A DNA stretch of 64,000 bases from Malacoraja senta. Lineage: Eukaryota. Positions 11,401-24,269 of this stretch are shown piece after piece. The first letter of the stretch is position 1, and each line of letters opens with the position of its first letter. The stretch is taken from positions 18,230,001 through 18,294,000 of the forward strand of contig CM075987.1 in assembly GCA_038087875.1 (NCBI GenBank), in the 5' to 3' direction. A model generated the notes under the pieces. The model was not told the origin of the DNA, did no database searches, and saw only the letters and a list, made by a program, of their open reading frames with translations. The position numbers and the translations under genes are program-made.

Positions 11401-12055
11401 ATTCAATTCAATTTAAAAACTTTATTGGCATGATAAAAAATACATTGTTATATTGCCAAAGTATAAAACATGACATACATATTTAAAATGCATAAGTATA
11501 AATACAAGTATACAGTGCATGGATAGATATGTCCCTGTACATAAACTCGCAATAGGCCTATAGCCCTTTATTGATTGCTACACGTTCTTGCAGCTGTAAG
11601 CAGTACAACAGGATAGCAAGTTTAGCAATTCAATATTAATTTCTTAGTGTCAGTTAATGTCAATTAGTGTGTGCGTACATATGTGCATATTGGTCATTCA
11701 CCGTCTCTCAGGTCATGGCATGCTGTTACGTATTGTGCACCAAGATGTGCCGTATTTCCTCAGTATATATTCTGTTTTGATGTATCATCCAGTTCTTTAA
11801 AATCAGGGGTTGCCAGACTGAGTTTGTCAAAGTATGTTTTTCTTGTTTTGTCAATTTTTTTGCATTTTAGGAGGAAGTGCACCTCTGTTTCAACCTCATC
11901 TGTCAAACAGTGGCCGCATATTCTATTTTCTCTTAGTTGGCTTCCGTCTGTCTTCTGTCTTCCTTTTTTCAAGTGCCAAATAGTGGTCACTTAGCCTGTA
12001 TTTGGTGAGGGTCTGTCTCTGGTTTATGTCTCTAACAGTCGAGAGATAGTCTGCC
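11401..12055 (-). mobile_element. RTE-X-like LINE 3' end
   Basis: RENRICGHCLTDEVETEVHFLLKC zinc motif, AATAAA and (ATTGA)n tail on the minus strand; same family as 8130-8400. Confidence 0.7.
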
Positions 12056-15000
12056 TGTCACCGTCTCTCACTCTCTCTCACTCTCTGTCTCCCCTTCTCA
12101 CTCTCCTTCTGTCTCTCTCTGTCTCTGTTTCTCTCTCTACGTCTCTTTGTCTCTCTCTCTCTCTGTCTCTCCCTCTCTCTGTCTCTCAATCCGTTTCTCT
12201 CTGTCTCCCCCTCTCTCTCTGTCACTCTCTCTTTGTCCCTCTCCCTCTCCATCTCTCTCTCTCTATCTCCCTGTCTCTCCCTCTCTGTTCCCCTCTGCCT
12301 CTGTCTCTCTCTGTGTCTCTCTCCCACTGTCTCTCTCTCTCTCTGTCACACTCTTTCTGTCTCTCTCAATCTCTCTCGTTTTGTCTCTCTGTCTCTCTCA
12401 CTGTCTCCCTCTCTCTCACTCTGCCTGTGTCACTCGCCCCCTGTCTCTCTCTCTGTCTCTGTCTCTTTGTCTCTCTCTCTGTCTCTATCTGTTACTCATC
12501 TCTGAATCTCTCTCACTGTATCTCTGTATCTCTTTTTTTCTCTCTCTGTCTCACTCTGTCTCTTTCTTCCTGTCTCTCTCTATCTTCCTGTCTCTTACTC
12601 TCTCTCTGTCTGTTTCTCAGTCTCTCTTTCTGTCTCTCTATTTATCTCTGCCTCTCTCTGTCCCACTCTCTCTGTCTCTCTCTCTCTCTCTGTCCCCCCT
12701 CACTCTCTCCCTCTCTCCCTCTGTCTCTCCCTGTCCCCCTCTCTCTGTCTGTATCTCTCTCTGTTCGTCTCTCTTTCTCTCTCCATCTCTCCCCCACTCT
12801 CTCTCTCCCTATGTGCCTGTCTCTCTCCCTATCTGTCTCCCTCACTGTCTGTCTGTCTCTCTCTGTCAATCTCACTCTCTCTCTGTCTCGTCTCTTTTTC
12901 TCAGTCTCTCTCTCCTGTCTCTCCCTCTCTCTCTCTGCCTGTCTCTCGCTCTCCATCTCCCTCTTTCTCCCTCCCCGTTTCTCTCTCCCTATCTGTCTCC
13001 CTCACTCTCTGTCTCTCTCACTCTCTCTCTCGTCTCTTTTTCTCAGTCTCTCTCTCTCTGTCTCCCCCCTCTCTCTCTCTCACTTACTCTCACTCGCTCT
13101 CTGTCTCTCCCTGTCTCTCGCTCTCCATCTCCCTCTTTCTCTCTCTCTCTGTTTCTCTCTCCCTGTCTCCCTCTCTGTCTCCCCCTCCCTCTGTCTCTCT
13201 CTCTCTCTCTTTGTGTCTCTCTGTGTCTCACGCTCTTTCTGTCTCTCTCTCTCCCTCTCTCTCTCTCTCTCCTTGTCTCTCTCTCTGACTGACTCTCTCT
13301 CTCTCCGACACTCTCTCTGTCTCCCTCTCTCTCTCTGCCTCTCCCTCTGTCTCTGTTTCCGCCTCTCTCTCTCTGTCTGTCTCTCTATGTGTCTCTCTCT
13401 GTCTCTCCCTCTGCCCCCTCACACTTTCTCTATCTCTCTCTGTCCCTGTCTCTATGTGTCTCTCTGTGTGTATCTCTCTCTCCCTGTCTCTCTGACTGTC
13501 TCTCACTCTCTGTCTCTGTCTCTCACTCTCTCACACTGTCTCTCACTCTCTCACACTCTGTCTCTCACACTCTGTCTCTCACTCCCTCCCACTGTCTCTC
13601 TCTCTCACACTGTCTCTCACTCTCTCTGTCTGTGTCACTCGCTCTGTCTCTGTATCTCTCTCTGTCTCTCTATTTCTACGTCTCTCTCTCACTCGTCTCT
13701 ATATCTCTCTCACTGTCTCTCTCCGTCTCTCTTCCTCTCACACTGTCTCTCACTGTCTCTCGCTCTGTCTCTCTCTCTGTCTCTCTATTTCTACGTCTCT
13801 CTCTCACTCTCTCTGTCACTCGTCTCTATATCTCTCTCTCTGTCACTTTCTCCGTCTCTCTCACTCTCTGTGTCACTCGCTCTGTCTCTCTCATACTGTC
13901 TCTGTATCTCTCTCTCTCTGTCTCTCTATCTCTATGTTTCTCTCTCTCTCTCGTCTCTGTATCTCTCTCTCTCTCTCTCTGTCTCTGTCTCACTCTGTCG
14001 CTTTCTCCCTGTCTCTCTCTCTCTATCTATCTTCCTCTCTCACTCTCACTGTCTCTGTCAGTTTCTCACTGTCTATCTCCGTCTCTCTCTCCATCTCTCT
14101 CACTGTCCCTCTCTCTCTCTCTCTGTCACTCACCCTGTCTCCCTATCTCTCCCTGTCTCTGTCTCCCTCTCTCCCTCCTCTCACTGTCTCTCTCTTTCTC
14201 TCACTCCGTCTCCCTCTCTCTCTCTCCGTTTCCCCCCTCTCAGTCTCTCTCTATCTCCTTATTTCACTCTCTGTCTCTCTCTCCGTCTCTCTCTCTCCCT
14301 CTGTCTCACTCTGTCTATCTCTGTCACTGTCTCCCTTTCTCTGTCTCTGTCTCTTTCTCTCTCTCTCTCTGTCTCTCACTGTCTCCCCCTCTCTCTATCT
14401 CTCTATGTCTATCTATCTCTCTCTCTCTGTCTCTCACTCTCTCTCTCAATCTTTCTCCCTCTCGGTCTCTCTCTCTGTCTCTATCTCTCAGTCTGTCTGA
14501 CTCTTTCTCTCCCCCCTCTCTCTCTTTCTCTCTCTCACTCTCCCTGCCTTATCTCCCTCTCTCCATCTCTCTCTCCTTCTCTCTCACTGTCTCTGTTTTC
14601 CTCTATCTGTCTCTCTCTCTGTTCCTCCCTGTCTCTCTCTCGCTGTCTGTCACTCTCTCTTACTCTCTCTGTCTCTCACTGTCTCTCTCTGCCTCTCCCT
14701 CCCTCTGTCTGTCTCTCTCTCTCTTTCTCTCTCCCTATCTCTCGCTCTCCCTCTCTCGATCTTTCTCTCTCTCTGTCTGTATCTCTCTCTGTCTGTCTGA
14801 CTCTCTCTCTTTCTCTCTCTCTCACTCTCCCTGTCTTTCTCTCCCTCTCTCTCTCCTTCCCTCCCTCTGCCTCTCTCACTGTCGGTTTCCCTCTATCTGT
14901 CTCTCTCAATTCCTCCGTCTCTCTCTGTCTTGTCTCTCTCTCGCTGTCCGTCACTCTCTCTTACTCTCTCTCTCTCTGTCTCCCTCTGCCTCTCCCTCTC

Positions 15001-15400
15001 TGTCTCCCCCTCGATCTTTCTCTCTCTCGGTCTCTGTATCTCTCTCTGTCTGTCTGACTCTCTTTCTCTCACCCCTCTCTCTCTCTGTCTCTCTCTCTCC
15101 CTCTCTAACTCTCTCCATCTCTCTCTCCTTCCCTCTGTCTCCTCTCTCCCTCTCTCTCTGTCTGTTTCCCTCCATCTGTCTCTCTCTCTGTTCCTCCCTG
15201 TCTCTCTCTCTCACTGTCTGTCACTCCCTCTCTCTCTGCCTCTCTGTGTCACTCTGTTTCTCTTTCTCCCTCTCTCTCCCTCTCTCTCCCTGTCTCTCGC
15301 CTCTCACTCTGTCTCCCTCTCTCTCTCTCCCTGTCTCTCTCCCTATCTCTCGCTCTCCCTGTCTCCCCCCTCTGTCTTTCTTTCTACCTCACTCTCTCTC
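12056..15400. repeat. Very long degenerate (CT)n tract
   Basis: About 3.3 kb of pyrimidine-rich simple sequence; source of the 914-aa and 734-aa spurious ORFs. Confidence 0.95.
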
Positions 15401-15835
15401 CCTACGCTGCACTGCCTCAATCACAAGGATGTCCTTCCTCAAATTAGACCAAAACTGTACACAATACTCCAGATGTGGTCTTACCAGAGCCCTATACAAC
15501 TGCAGAAGACTCTCTACTCCTATCCTGAAATCCTCTTGTTATGAAGGCCAACGTTCGATTAGCTTTCTTCACTACCTGCACGCCAACTTTTAGTGACCCG
15601 TGTACAAGAACACCCAGGTCTCGCTGTACCTCCCCCTTACCTAACCTAACCCCATTGCGATTATAATCTGCCCCCTTGTTTTTGCCGCCAAAGTGGATAA
15701 CCTCACATTTATCTATATAATACTGCATCTGCCACACATCTGCCCAGGTCACACTGCAACCTCCTAACATCCTCTTCACAGTTCACACTGCCACCAGCTT
15801 TGTGTCATCTGCAAACTTGCTAGTGTTGCTCCTAA
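15401..15835 (-). mobile_element. CR1 RT fragment
   Basis: WQMQYYIDKCEVIHFGGKNK...VQRDLGVLVH. Confidence 0.9.
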
Positions 15836-16111
15836 TCTCTCTCTCTATGTCTCTCTCTGTCTCTCTCTATCACTCTCTCTCCCTCCCTGTCTGTCTCTCT
15901 CTGTCTGTCTCCCCCCTATCTCTCTCTCTCTCTCCCTCTCTTTCTGCCTCTCTCTCTCCCTGTCTCTCTGTCTATCTCTCTCTCCTACTCTCTCTCGTCT
16001 CTATGTCTCCCCGTCTGTCTCTTTGTCTTTCTCTCTCTCTCTCCCTCTCTCTCTCTGTTTCTCTCTCTGCCTGTCTCTCTCTCTCTCTGTCTGTCCCTCT
16101 CCGTCTCTCAA

Positions 16112-17050
16112 ATTTAGCAAATTTGCAGATGACACAAAGCTGGGTGGCAGTGTGAACTGTGACGAGGATGCTATGAGAATGCAGGGTGACTTGGACAGGT
16201 TGGGGGAGTGGGCAGAAGCATGGCAGATGAAGTTTAATGCAGATAAATGTGAGGTTGTCCACTTTGGTAGCAAAAACAGGAAGGCAGATTACTATCTAAA
16301 TGGTGTCAAGTTGGGAAAAGGGAAAGTACAACGGGATCTGGGGGTCCTTGTACATTCAGTCTATGAAAGAAAGCATGCAGGTACAGCAGGCAGTGAAGAA
16401 AGCGAATGGCATGTTGGCCTTTATAACAAGAGGAATCAAATATAGGAGCAAAGAGGTCCTTGTGCAGTTGTACAGAGCCCTAGTGAGACCACACCTGGAG
16501 TATTGTGTGCAGTTTTGGTCCCCTAATTTGAGGAAGAACATTCTTGCTATTGAGGGAGTGCAGCGTAAGTTTACAAGGTTAATTCCCGGGATGGCCGGAC
16601 TGTCATATGCTGAGAGAAAGGAGCAGCTGGGCTTGTACACTCTGGAGTTTAGAAGGATGAGAGGGCATCTCATTGAAACATATAAGATTGTTAAGGGCTT
16701 CGACACGCTAGAGGCAGGAAACATGTTCCCGATGTTGGGGGAGTCCAGAACCAGGGGCCACAGTTTAAGAATAAGGAGTAAGCCATTTAGAACGGAGACG
16801 AGGAAACACTTTTCTCACAGAGAGTGGTGAGTCTGTGGAATTCTCTGCCTCAGAGGGCGGTGGAGGCAGGTTTCTCTGGATGCTTTCAAGAGAGAGCTAG
16901 ATTGGGCTCTTAAGGATAGCGGAGTCAGGGGATATGGGGAGAAGGCAGTAACGGGGTACTGCTTGGGGATGATCGGCCATGATCACATTGAATGGCGGTG
17001 TTGGCTCGAAGGACCGAATGGCCTATTCCTGCACCTATTGTCTATTGTCT
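16112..17050 (+). mobile_element. 5'-truncated CR1 (RT C-terminus to tail)
   Basis: [24 protein letters not shown], 3' UTR ending CTATTGTCTATTGTCT. Confidence 0.93.
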
Positions 17051-17610
17051 CTCTCTAACTCTGTGTCTGTCTCTCTTTCTTTCTCTCTCTGTGGCTGTCT
17101 CTCTCTCTCTCTCTCTCCGTTTCTCACCATCTCTCTGTCCGTCTCTCACTCTCTCGCTGTCTCTCTCTTCCTGTCTCCTTCTCTGTCTCACTGTCCATCT
17201 CTATATATATATATCTTTCTCTCACTCTTTCTCTCTCTCTCTCTCCCTGTCTCTTGTCTCTGTTTCTCTCTGTATCTCACTGTCACTCACTCTCTGTCTC
17301 CCTGTCTCCCTCTGTCTCTGTCTCTCTCTCTCTGCCTGCCTGTCTCTCTCTGTCTCCTCCTCTCTCTCTATCACTGTCTCTCGCTCTCTCTGTCTCCCTC
17401 TCTCTCTCTCGCTCCGTGTCTCTCTCCCCGTCTCACTCTTTCTCTCCAGTCTCTATCTCTGTCCCCCTCTGTTTCTCTCTCTATCTCTTTTTATCTCTGC
17501 TCCCTCTCTCCCTGTCTCTCTCTCTGTGTCTCTATCTCTGTCTGAGTCTCTCCCCTCTCTCCGTCTCTTTGTCTCTCTCTCTCTCTGAGTCTCTCTCTCT
17601 CTCTATCTCT

Positions 17611-19807
17611 GAACAAAGGGGACAATGAAGGCATGACAGCGGAGCTCGCCAAGGTTGACTGGAAAGGGATCCTAGCCGGAATGACGTGGAACAGCAATGG
17701 CAGGAATTTCTGGGCATAATCGAAGATGCAGGATCATTTCATTCCAAAAAGGAAGAAAGATTCTAAGGGGAGTAGGAGGCAACCGTGGCTGACAAGAGAA
17801 GTTAGGGATAGAATAAAACTAAAAGAAAAGATGGTATAACACAGCAAAGAGTAGCCGGAAGCCAGAGGATTGGGAAACTTTCATAGGACAACAGAAGGAA
17901 ACAAAACGGGCAATACGGGCTGAAAAGATGAAGTACGAGGGGAAGCTGGCCAGGAATATAAAGGACAGTAAAAGCTTCTTTAGATATGTTAAGGGAAAAA
18001 GAGTAGCAAAGTCAAATGTGAGTCCCTTGAAGGCAGACACGGGTGAAATTAATTATGGGCAACAAGGAAATGGCAGAAGAGTTGAATAGGTACTTTGGAA
18101 TGTCTTCACAAAGGAAGACACAAACAATCTCCCAGAAGTACTAGAGGACAGAGGATCTAATGGGGTAGAGGACTGAAAGAAATTTTCATTAGGCGTGAAA
18201 TAGTATTGGGTAGGGTAATGGGACTGAAGGATGATAAATTCCCTGGGCCTGATGGTCTGCATCCCAGGGTCATCATGGAGGTGGCTCTAGAAATAGTGGA
18301 CGCATTGGTGATCATTTTCCAATGTTCAATAGATTCAGGATCAGTTACTGTGGATTGGAGGATAGCTAATGTTATCCCACTTTGCAAGAAAGGAGCAAGA
18401 GAGAAAATGGGGAATTACAGACCAGTTAGCCTGACTTCCAGGGTGGGGAAAGATGCTGGAGTCAAATATTAAAGAGGTAATAATGGGCATTTGGATAGCA
18501 GTAAAATGATTAGTCCAAGTCAGCATGGTTTTATGAAAGGAAAATCATGCTCGACTAATCTTCTGGAATTTTTTGAGGATGTGACAAGCAAAATGGATGA
18601 AGGGGAGCCAGTGGATGTAGGTGTATCGAGACTTTCAGATGCCTTTGATAAGGTCCCGCACGGGAGACTGGTGACTAAAATTAGAGCACATGGTATTGGG
18701 GGCAGGGTGTTGACATGGATAGAAAATTGGTTAACACACAGGAAGCAAAGAGTAGGAATGAACGGGTCCTTTTCAGAATGGCAGGCAGTGGCGAGTGGAG
18801 TGCCGCAAGGCTCGGTGTTGGGGCCACAACTGTTTATCATATATATTAATGATTTGGAAGAGGGAATTAGTAGCAACACCAGCAAGTTTGCGGATGACAC
18901 AAAGCTGGGTGGCAGTGTGAACAGTGAAGAGGATGGATGTTAGGAGGTTGCAGGGTGACCTCGGCAGGTTGATGTGTGTGGGCAGATGCAGTATAATATA
19001 GATAAATGTGAGGTTATCCACTTTGGTGGCAAAAACAAGGGGTCAGATTATTATCTCAATGGGGTTAGGTTAGGTTAGGGGGAGGTACAGCGAGGCCTGG
19101 GTGTCCTTGTACACCGGTCACTGAAAGTTGGTGTGCAGGTACAGCAGGCAGTGAAGAAAACTCATGGAATGTTGGCCATCATAACAAGAGGATTTCAGTA
19201 TAGGAGTAGAGGTTCGTCTGCAGTTGTATAGGGCTCTGGTGATACCACATCTGGAGTATTGTGTACAGTTTTGGTCTCCTCATTTGAGGAAGGACACCCT
19301 TGTGAATGAGGCAGTGCAGCGTAGGTTCACGAGATTGATTCCTGGGATGGCGGGACTGTCATATGAGGAAAGATTGAAAAGACTAGGCTTGTATTCACTG
19401 GAGTTCAGAAGGATGAGGGGGATCTTATAGAAACATAAATATATAAAAGGACTGTACAAGCTAGATGCAGGAAAAATGTTCCCAATGTTGGGCGAGTCCA
19501 AAACCAGGGGCCACAGTCTTAGAATAAAGGGAAGGTCATTTAAGTCTGAGGTGAGAAAAAACGTTTTCACCCAGAGAGTTTGTGAATTTATGGAATTCCC
19601 TGCCACAGAGGGCAGTGGAGGCCAAATCACTGGATGGATTTAAGAGAGAGTTAGATAGAGCTCTAGGGGCTAGTGGAGTCAAGGGATATGGGGAGAAGGC
19701 AGGCACAGGTTATTGATTGGGGACAATCAGCCATGATCACAAATGAATGCCGGTGCTGGCGCGAAGGGCCGAATGGCCTCCTCCTGCACCTATTTTCTGT
19801 TTCTATA
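17611..19807 (+). mobile_element. Degenerate CR1 ORF2 (RT) with 3' tail
   Basis: [45 protein letters not shown]; multiple frameshifts. Confidence 0.93.
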
Positions 19808-20105
19808 ATTTCTGTCTCTCACTCTCCCACTGTCTCTCTCTGTCTCCCCCTCTCTCTCTCTCTTTATCTCTCTCTGTCTCTCACTCTCTCTCTATTTCTC
19901 TCTCTCTGTATGTCACTCTCCTCCTTACTCTCTCTGTCGCTCCCCGTCTCTCGCTCTCCTTCTCCAGTCTCCGCCTCTCTCTCTGTTTCTCTCTCCCTCC
20001 CTCTCCCTGTCTCTCTCTCTCTGTCTCTTGCTCTGTGTCTCTCGCCCTCTGTGTCACTGGCTCTGTGACTCTCTCTCTGTTCCTGTCTCTCTCTATCTCT
20101 CTCTG

Positions 20106-20148
<43 letters not shown>

Positions 20149-21211
20149 GTCTCTCGCTCTGTCTCACTCTCTGTCTGTCTGTCTGTCTCTCTCTCTCTGT
20201 CCGCCTCTCTCTTTGTGCCTCTGTCTGTCTGTATCTCTGTCTCTACCTCTGTCTGCCTGTCTGTCTCTCTCTCCCTTCTGTGCCTGTCCCTCCCCTTCTC
20301 TGTCTCTCGCTCTGTTTCTCTCTCTCTCTCTCTGTCTGTCTCTCTCTGCCTGTCTGTCTCTTTCTCTCTCTCTCCCTGCCTGTGTGTCTCTCTTTCTCTG
20401 TCTCTCTGTCTGTCCCTCACTCTCTCTGTGTCTGTGTGTCTTTCTCTCTCTCTCTCTGTATCTCTCTATCTGTCTCACTCTCTCTCTGTCCCACTGTTTG
20501 TGTCTCTCTGTCTGTCTGTCTGTCTCTCTCTCCCACCGTCTGGCTGTTTCTCTCTGTATCTCTCTCTCTATGTCTCTCCCCCCTCTCTCTCTTTGTCTAT
20601 CTCTCTGTCTCACTCTCTCGCTCTCTCTCTTTCCCTGTCTCTCTCTCCCTGTGTCTGTCTGTCTCTCTCTCTCTCTCTCTGAGTGTCTCTCTCTCTCTCT
20701 CTCTGTCTCCCTCTCTCTCACTGTCTCTCTTTTTGTCTCTCTCACTATCTCTCTCTGTCTCTCACTCTCTCTCCTCACTCTCTGTGTCTCTTGTTCTCTA
20801 TGTCTCTCTCACTGTCTCTCTCTGTATCTCTATGTCTCTGTCTCTCTCCCTCTATATCTCTCTTTCTGCCTCTCTCTCTCTCCTCTCTCTCCTCTCGCTC
20901 TCTGTCTATCTCTCAGTCTCTCTCTTTGTCTTTATCTGGCTCTCCCTCTATGTCTCTCTGTCTCTTTCTCTCTCTCTCCCTCTGCCTGTCTCTGTCTCTC
21001 TCCCCTCTGTTTGTGTGTGTGTGTGTGTCTCTCTCACTGTCTCTTTTTCTGTCTCTCCGTCTGTCTCTCTCTCCCTCTGCGTCCGTCTGTCTTTCTCTCT
21101 CCCTCTCTCTCTGTCTCTCCCTGTCTCTCTATCTATCTCTGTCTCTCACTCTCTCTCTGTCTCTCTCCATCTCCGTCTCTCTCTCCCCGTCTCTCTCACT
21201 ATCCGTCTCTC
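19808..21211. repeat. Degenerate (CT)n tract
   Basis: Simple sequence. Confidence 0.95.
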
Positions 21212-21602
21212 ACTAGGCTTGTATTCAGATCTTGTAGAAATATATAAAATTATAAAAGGACTGGACAAGCTAGATGCAGGGAAAATGTTCCCAATGTTGG
21301 GCGAGTCCAGAACCAGTGGCCAGTCTTAGAATAAAGGGGAGGCCATTTAAGACTGAGGTGAGAAAAAAACTGTCACCCAGGGAGTTGTGAATTTATGGAA
21401 TTCCCTGCCACAGAGGGCAGTGGAGGCCAAGGCACTGGAGGGATTTAAGAGAGAGTTAGATAGAGCTCTAGGGGCTAGTGGAGTCAAGGGATATGGGGAG
21501 AAGGCAGGCACGGGTTATTGATAGGGGATGATCAGCCATGATCACAATGAATGGCGGTGCTGGCTCGAAGGGCCGAATGGCCTCCTGCACCTATTGTCTA
21601 TG
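21212..21602 (+). mobile_element. CR1 3' fragment
   Basis: YKIIKGLDKLDAGKMFP and CR1 3' UTR. Confidence 0.9.
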
Positions 21603-21694
21603 TTTCTCACTCTCTCTCTGACTTTATCTCTCTATCTCTATCTCTCTCTGTCTCTGTGTCTCTCTCTGTCTCTATCCATCTCTCTCTATCAATC

Positions 21695-22225
21695 TCCCGC
21701 CCCCCTCATCCCACCATCAGCCCCGAGATCGTGTTGTTGCGGCCCCGGCCCCGGCCCCGGCCCGGCCCGGCTCCCCGCTCCGCCAAACCCAACCCCAGGC
21801 CCGGTCACTGTGAGTCTCCCGGTGCGAGGCCGGAGACTGGAGCCGCCCCCGGCACCGAATCCCAGCGCATGCGCCCTCCCTCCCTCCCTGATCCACCGGA
21901 GCCTCTCACCGCGCCTGGCCCCGCCCACCCGGGTACTCACGGCTCACTCACCCCGCCCGCCCGCCCGCCTGGAGGACCGGCCCGGAGGACCGAGAGAGAG
22001 AGAGCGCGGATGGAGCGTTGACCCTCCCGGAGAGAGGATCGTTACCTATTTCCTTCGCTCCATAGATGCTGCTGCACCCGCTGAGTTTCTCCAGCATTTT
22101 TGTGTACCTTGGAGCGTTGACTCTCCCGGAGGAAGACGAGACCAGACCGGAAGTGACCGCACAGCACAGTGCCACGGCCCGGAAATGACGTCACGACCTT
22201 CCACAAGCAACCTTGCGACGTCACC
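21695..22225 (-). promoter_or_regulatory. CpG island, probable promoter and first exon of the zinc-finger gene
   Basis: CpG-dense; CCGGAAGTGA (22147-22156), CCGGAAATGACGTCAC (22179-22194), NRF1 palindrome GCGCATGCGC (21865-21874), GC boxes; minus-strand donors GTGAGT starting at 21951 and 21940. The link to the ZNF exon is inferred. Confidence 0.65.
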
Positions 22226-22294
22226 AGCCCCTCCCACGTCACTAGCCCCTCCCTTGTCACCAGCCCCTCCCATGTCACCAGCCCCTCCCATGTC
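22220..22294 (+). repeat. 18-bp minisatellite (GTCACCAGCCCCTCCCAC), left part
   Basis: About 4 imperfect units; the same unit resumes at 29808. Confidence 0.85.
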
Positions 22295-22497
22295 TCTCTA
22301 TCTGTTAGCACTTTCATATGAAGAAAGACTGGATAGACTCGGCTTGTACTCGCTAGAATTTAGAAGATTGTTTGTCATGTACATCAATGATCTGGATGAT
22401 GGTGTGGAAAATTGGATTAGTAAGTATGCAGATGATACTAAGATAGATGGTGTTGTGGATAATGAAGTAGATTTTCAAAGTCTACAGAGAGATTTAG

Positions 22498-24269
22498 TAG
22501 CAATGTTACAAAATTTTGAGATTTAAAAAATAAAGTCTGCAATTTATCCCATCAGATAAAGCATAAAAATAAATTTAATTTGACACCTAATTCACTTTCA
22601 TATCTTCAGTATTAAAAAAGTTATGGCCATTTTCATACTCGGAAATTAGCATCTTGTTCCCAATTGCTTTTCCATTGACAACACAAAAGCTGTGATCGAG
22701 GACAGTCAAAAGCCCATAACTTTCTTAAAAATTAAGAGAACTGAAAGAAATTTTCAGTTATTATAGATTGAAGCATTCTGAAACAAATATGAAACAATCT
22801 TACTTAGATGACATGAAATTAAAGCATATTGTATTGTATTGTATTGTATATCTTTATTGTCATTTCCTGAGTATTCGCATACCCAGAGGAAACAAAAAAA
22901 CGTTCCTCAACCAGTGTCCATTTCAGTGTGCAATAAAAAATAAATAGAAGTAAAAATACATATATCATGAACAAATTAACACTCTACTCTATTAAACATC
23001 CACAGGCGTTCCGATCGGCAGCGGCACGACAGTGGCTCTGCTGCAGTGTGTCCAGGTTGGTGGTTGGTGCACGATACTTTGGCAGGGGACAAAGTCCGTT
23101 TATCAGTCTTATAACCTGCGGGAAGAAGCTGAGGAGCATCCTGCTGGTTTTGCACCTAATGCTCCGGTACCTTCTTCCCAGATGGCAGGATGGAGAATAT
23201 GTGATGCGATGGGTGGTAGGGGTCTTTGATGATGGAGATGGCTCTGCTGATACATCTCTTCCTGTATATGTCCAGCAGGAAAGGGAGTGGAGCACCAATA
23301 ATCCTGCTGGCGGTCTTCACATCCTGTCTAGGTTGGTGCCGTTCGTACGCCTTGCAGCTCCCGAACCAGGAAGGATGCCGTAGCTTAGTGTGCTCTCGAT
23401 TGTCCCCCTATAAAAAGTTCGTAGGTGTGTAGTGGGGAGACCTGCTTTACGTAGTCTTCGGAGAGGGTGTAGTCACTGCTGGGCTCTCTTGACCAGTGCT
23501 GTGGTGTTGGTCGTGGACGTCAGGTCATCTGACAGGTGGAGTCCTAGGAACTTCACGCTGTTGACCCTTTCCACATCAGCTCCATCGATTAGTTAGTTAC
23601 TCCATAATTAGTTAGTTACCTAATTGTAGCTAATTACAAAATTCAATTACTAGATCTAAACATCTATCAATTTCTTAAGAATAGATTAACATTTTAAATA
23701 GCCTAAGTGTCCAAATAACATTCACACAAGAATTCACAATATAACATAATTTTTAAATCTCATTGTCATGAATTTACAGGCCAAATGGAAGGAATTGAAT
23801 GTTTAATACCTGTTAAATTAATGGCCATTTAAATCATTTTGCGAGTGAGGTTTTCTGGAACGCGATCATTTGGAACGTTGATTTGCGGTGAATTTAACCC
23901 CGGTATCGACATGAAAAAGTCTGCCGTTAGTTCTGGGGAAAAAATCACCGTTTCGCATGAAAAATATGAAATTAAAGGCTTCTTAAGAAACACTTTTATA
24001 CATTAAAATTAACTACTTTCGTTTACCTGTCCCGTGTGGAATCCGTCCCCGTTGTCGGCGTGACGGCTTCAGAAGCTGATTTTAAAATGACTCCAGCGCT
24101 GACATTGTCGATATAATTTCAGCAAAAGGTTGCACTCCAACGAAATATAATTCAGGCAAGGTAGGAGAAACCCGCGTTTTACCCCGCCCCCCCTAAAGGC
24201 GCCAAAATCGCGCACACGGCCAGTGGCAGAATTGCAGAGCCGCTGAAGGTAAGTATTGTAACATACCTA
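22498..24269. mobile_element. Non-autonomous DNA transposon with imperfect TIRs
   Basis: Left end TAGCAATGTTACAA versus reverse complement of right end TAGGTATGTTACAA; duplication GATTTAG (22491-22497 / 24270-24276), 8 bp if the A at 24269 is counted as target. Confidence 0.8.
22828..23589 (-). mobile_element. Rex1/Babar LINE 3' fragment nested in the DNA transposon
   Basis: GRRYRSIRCKTSRMLLSFFPQVIRLIN C-terminal motif; AATAAA plus (CAATA)n tail on the minus strand. Confidence 0.8.

Noticed and set aside
9737..15593. Very long Ser/Leu/Cys ORFs (up to 914 aa) and antisense Arg/Glu ORFs
   Set aside because: Translations of (CT)n/(GA)n simple repeats that lack stop codons by composition.
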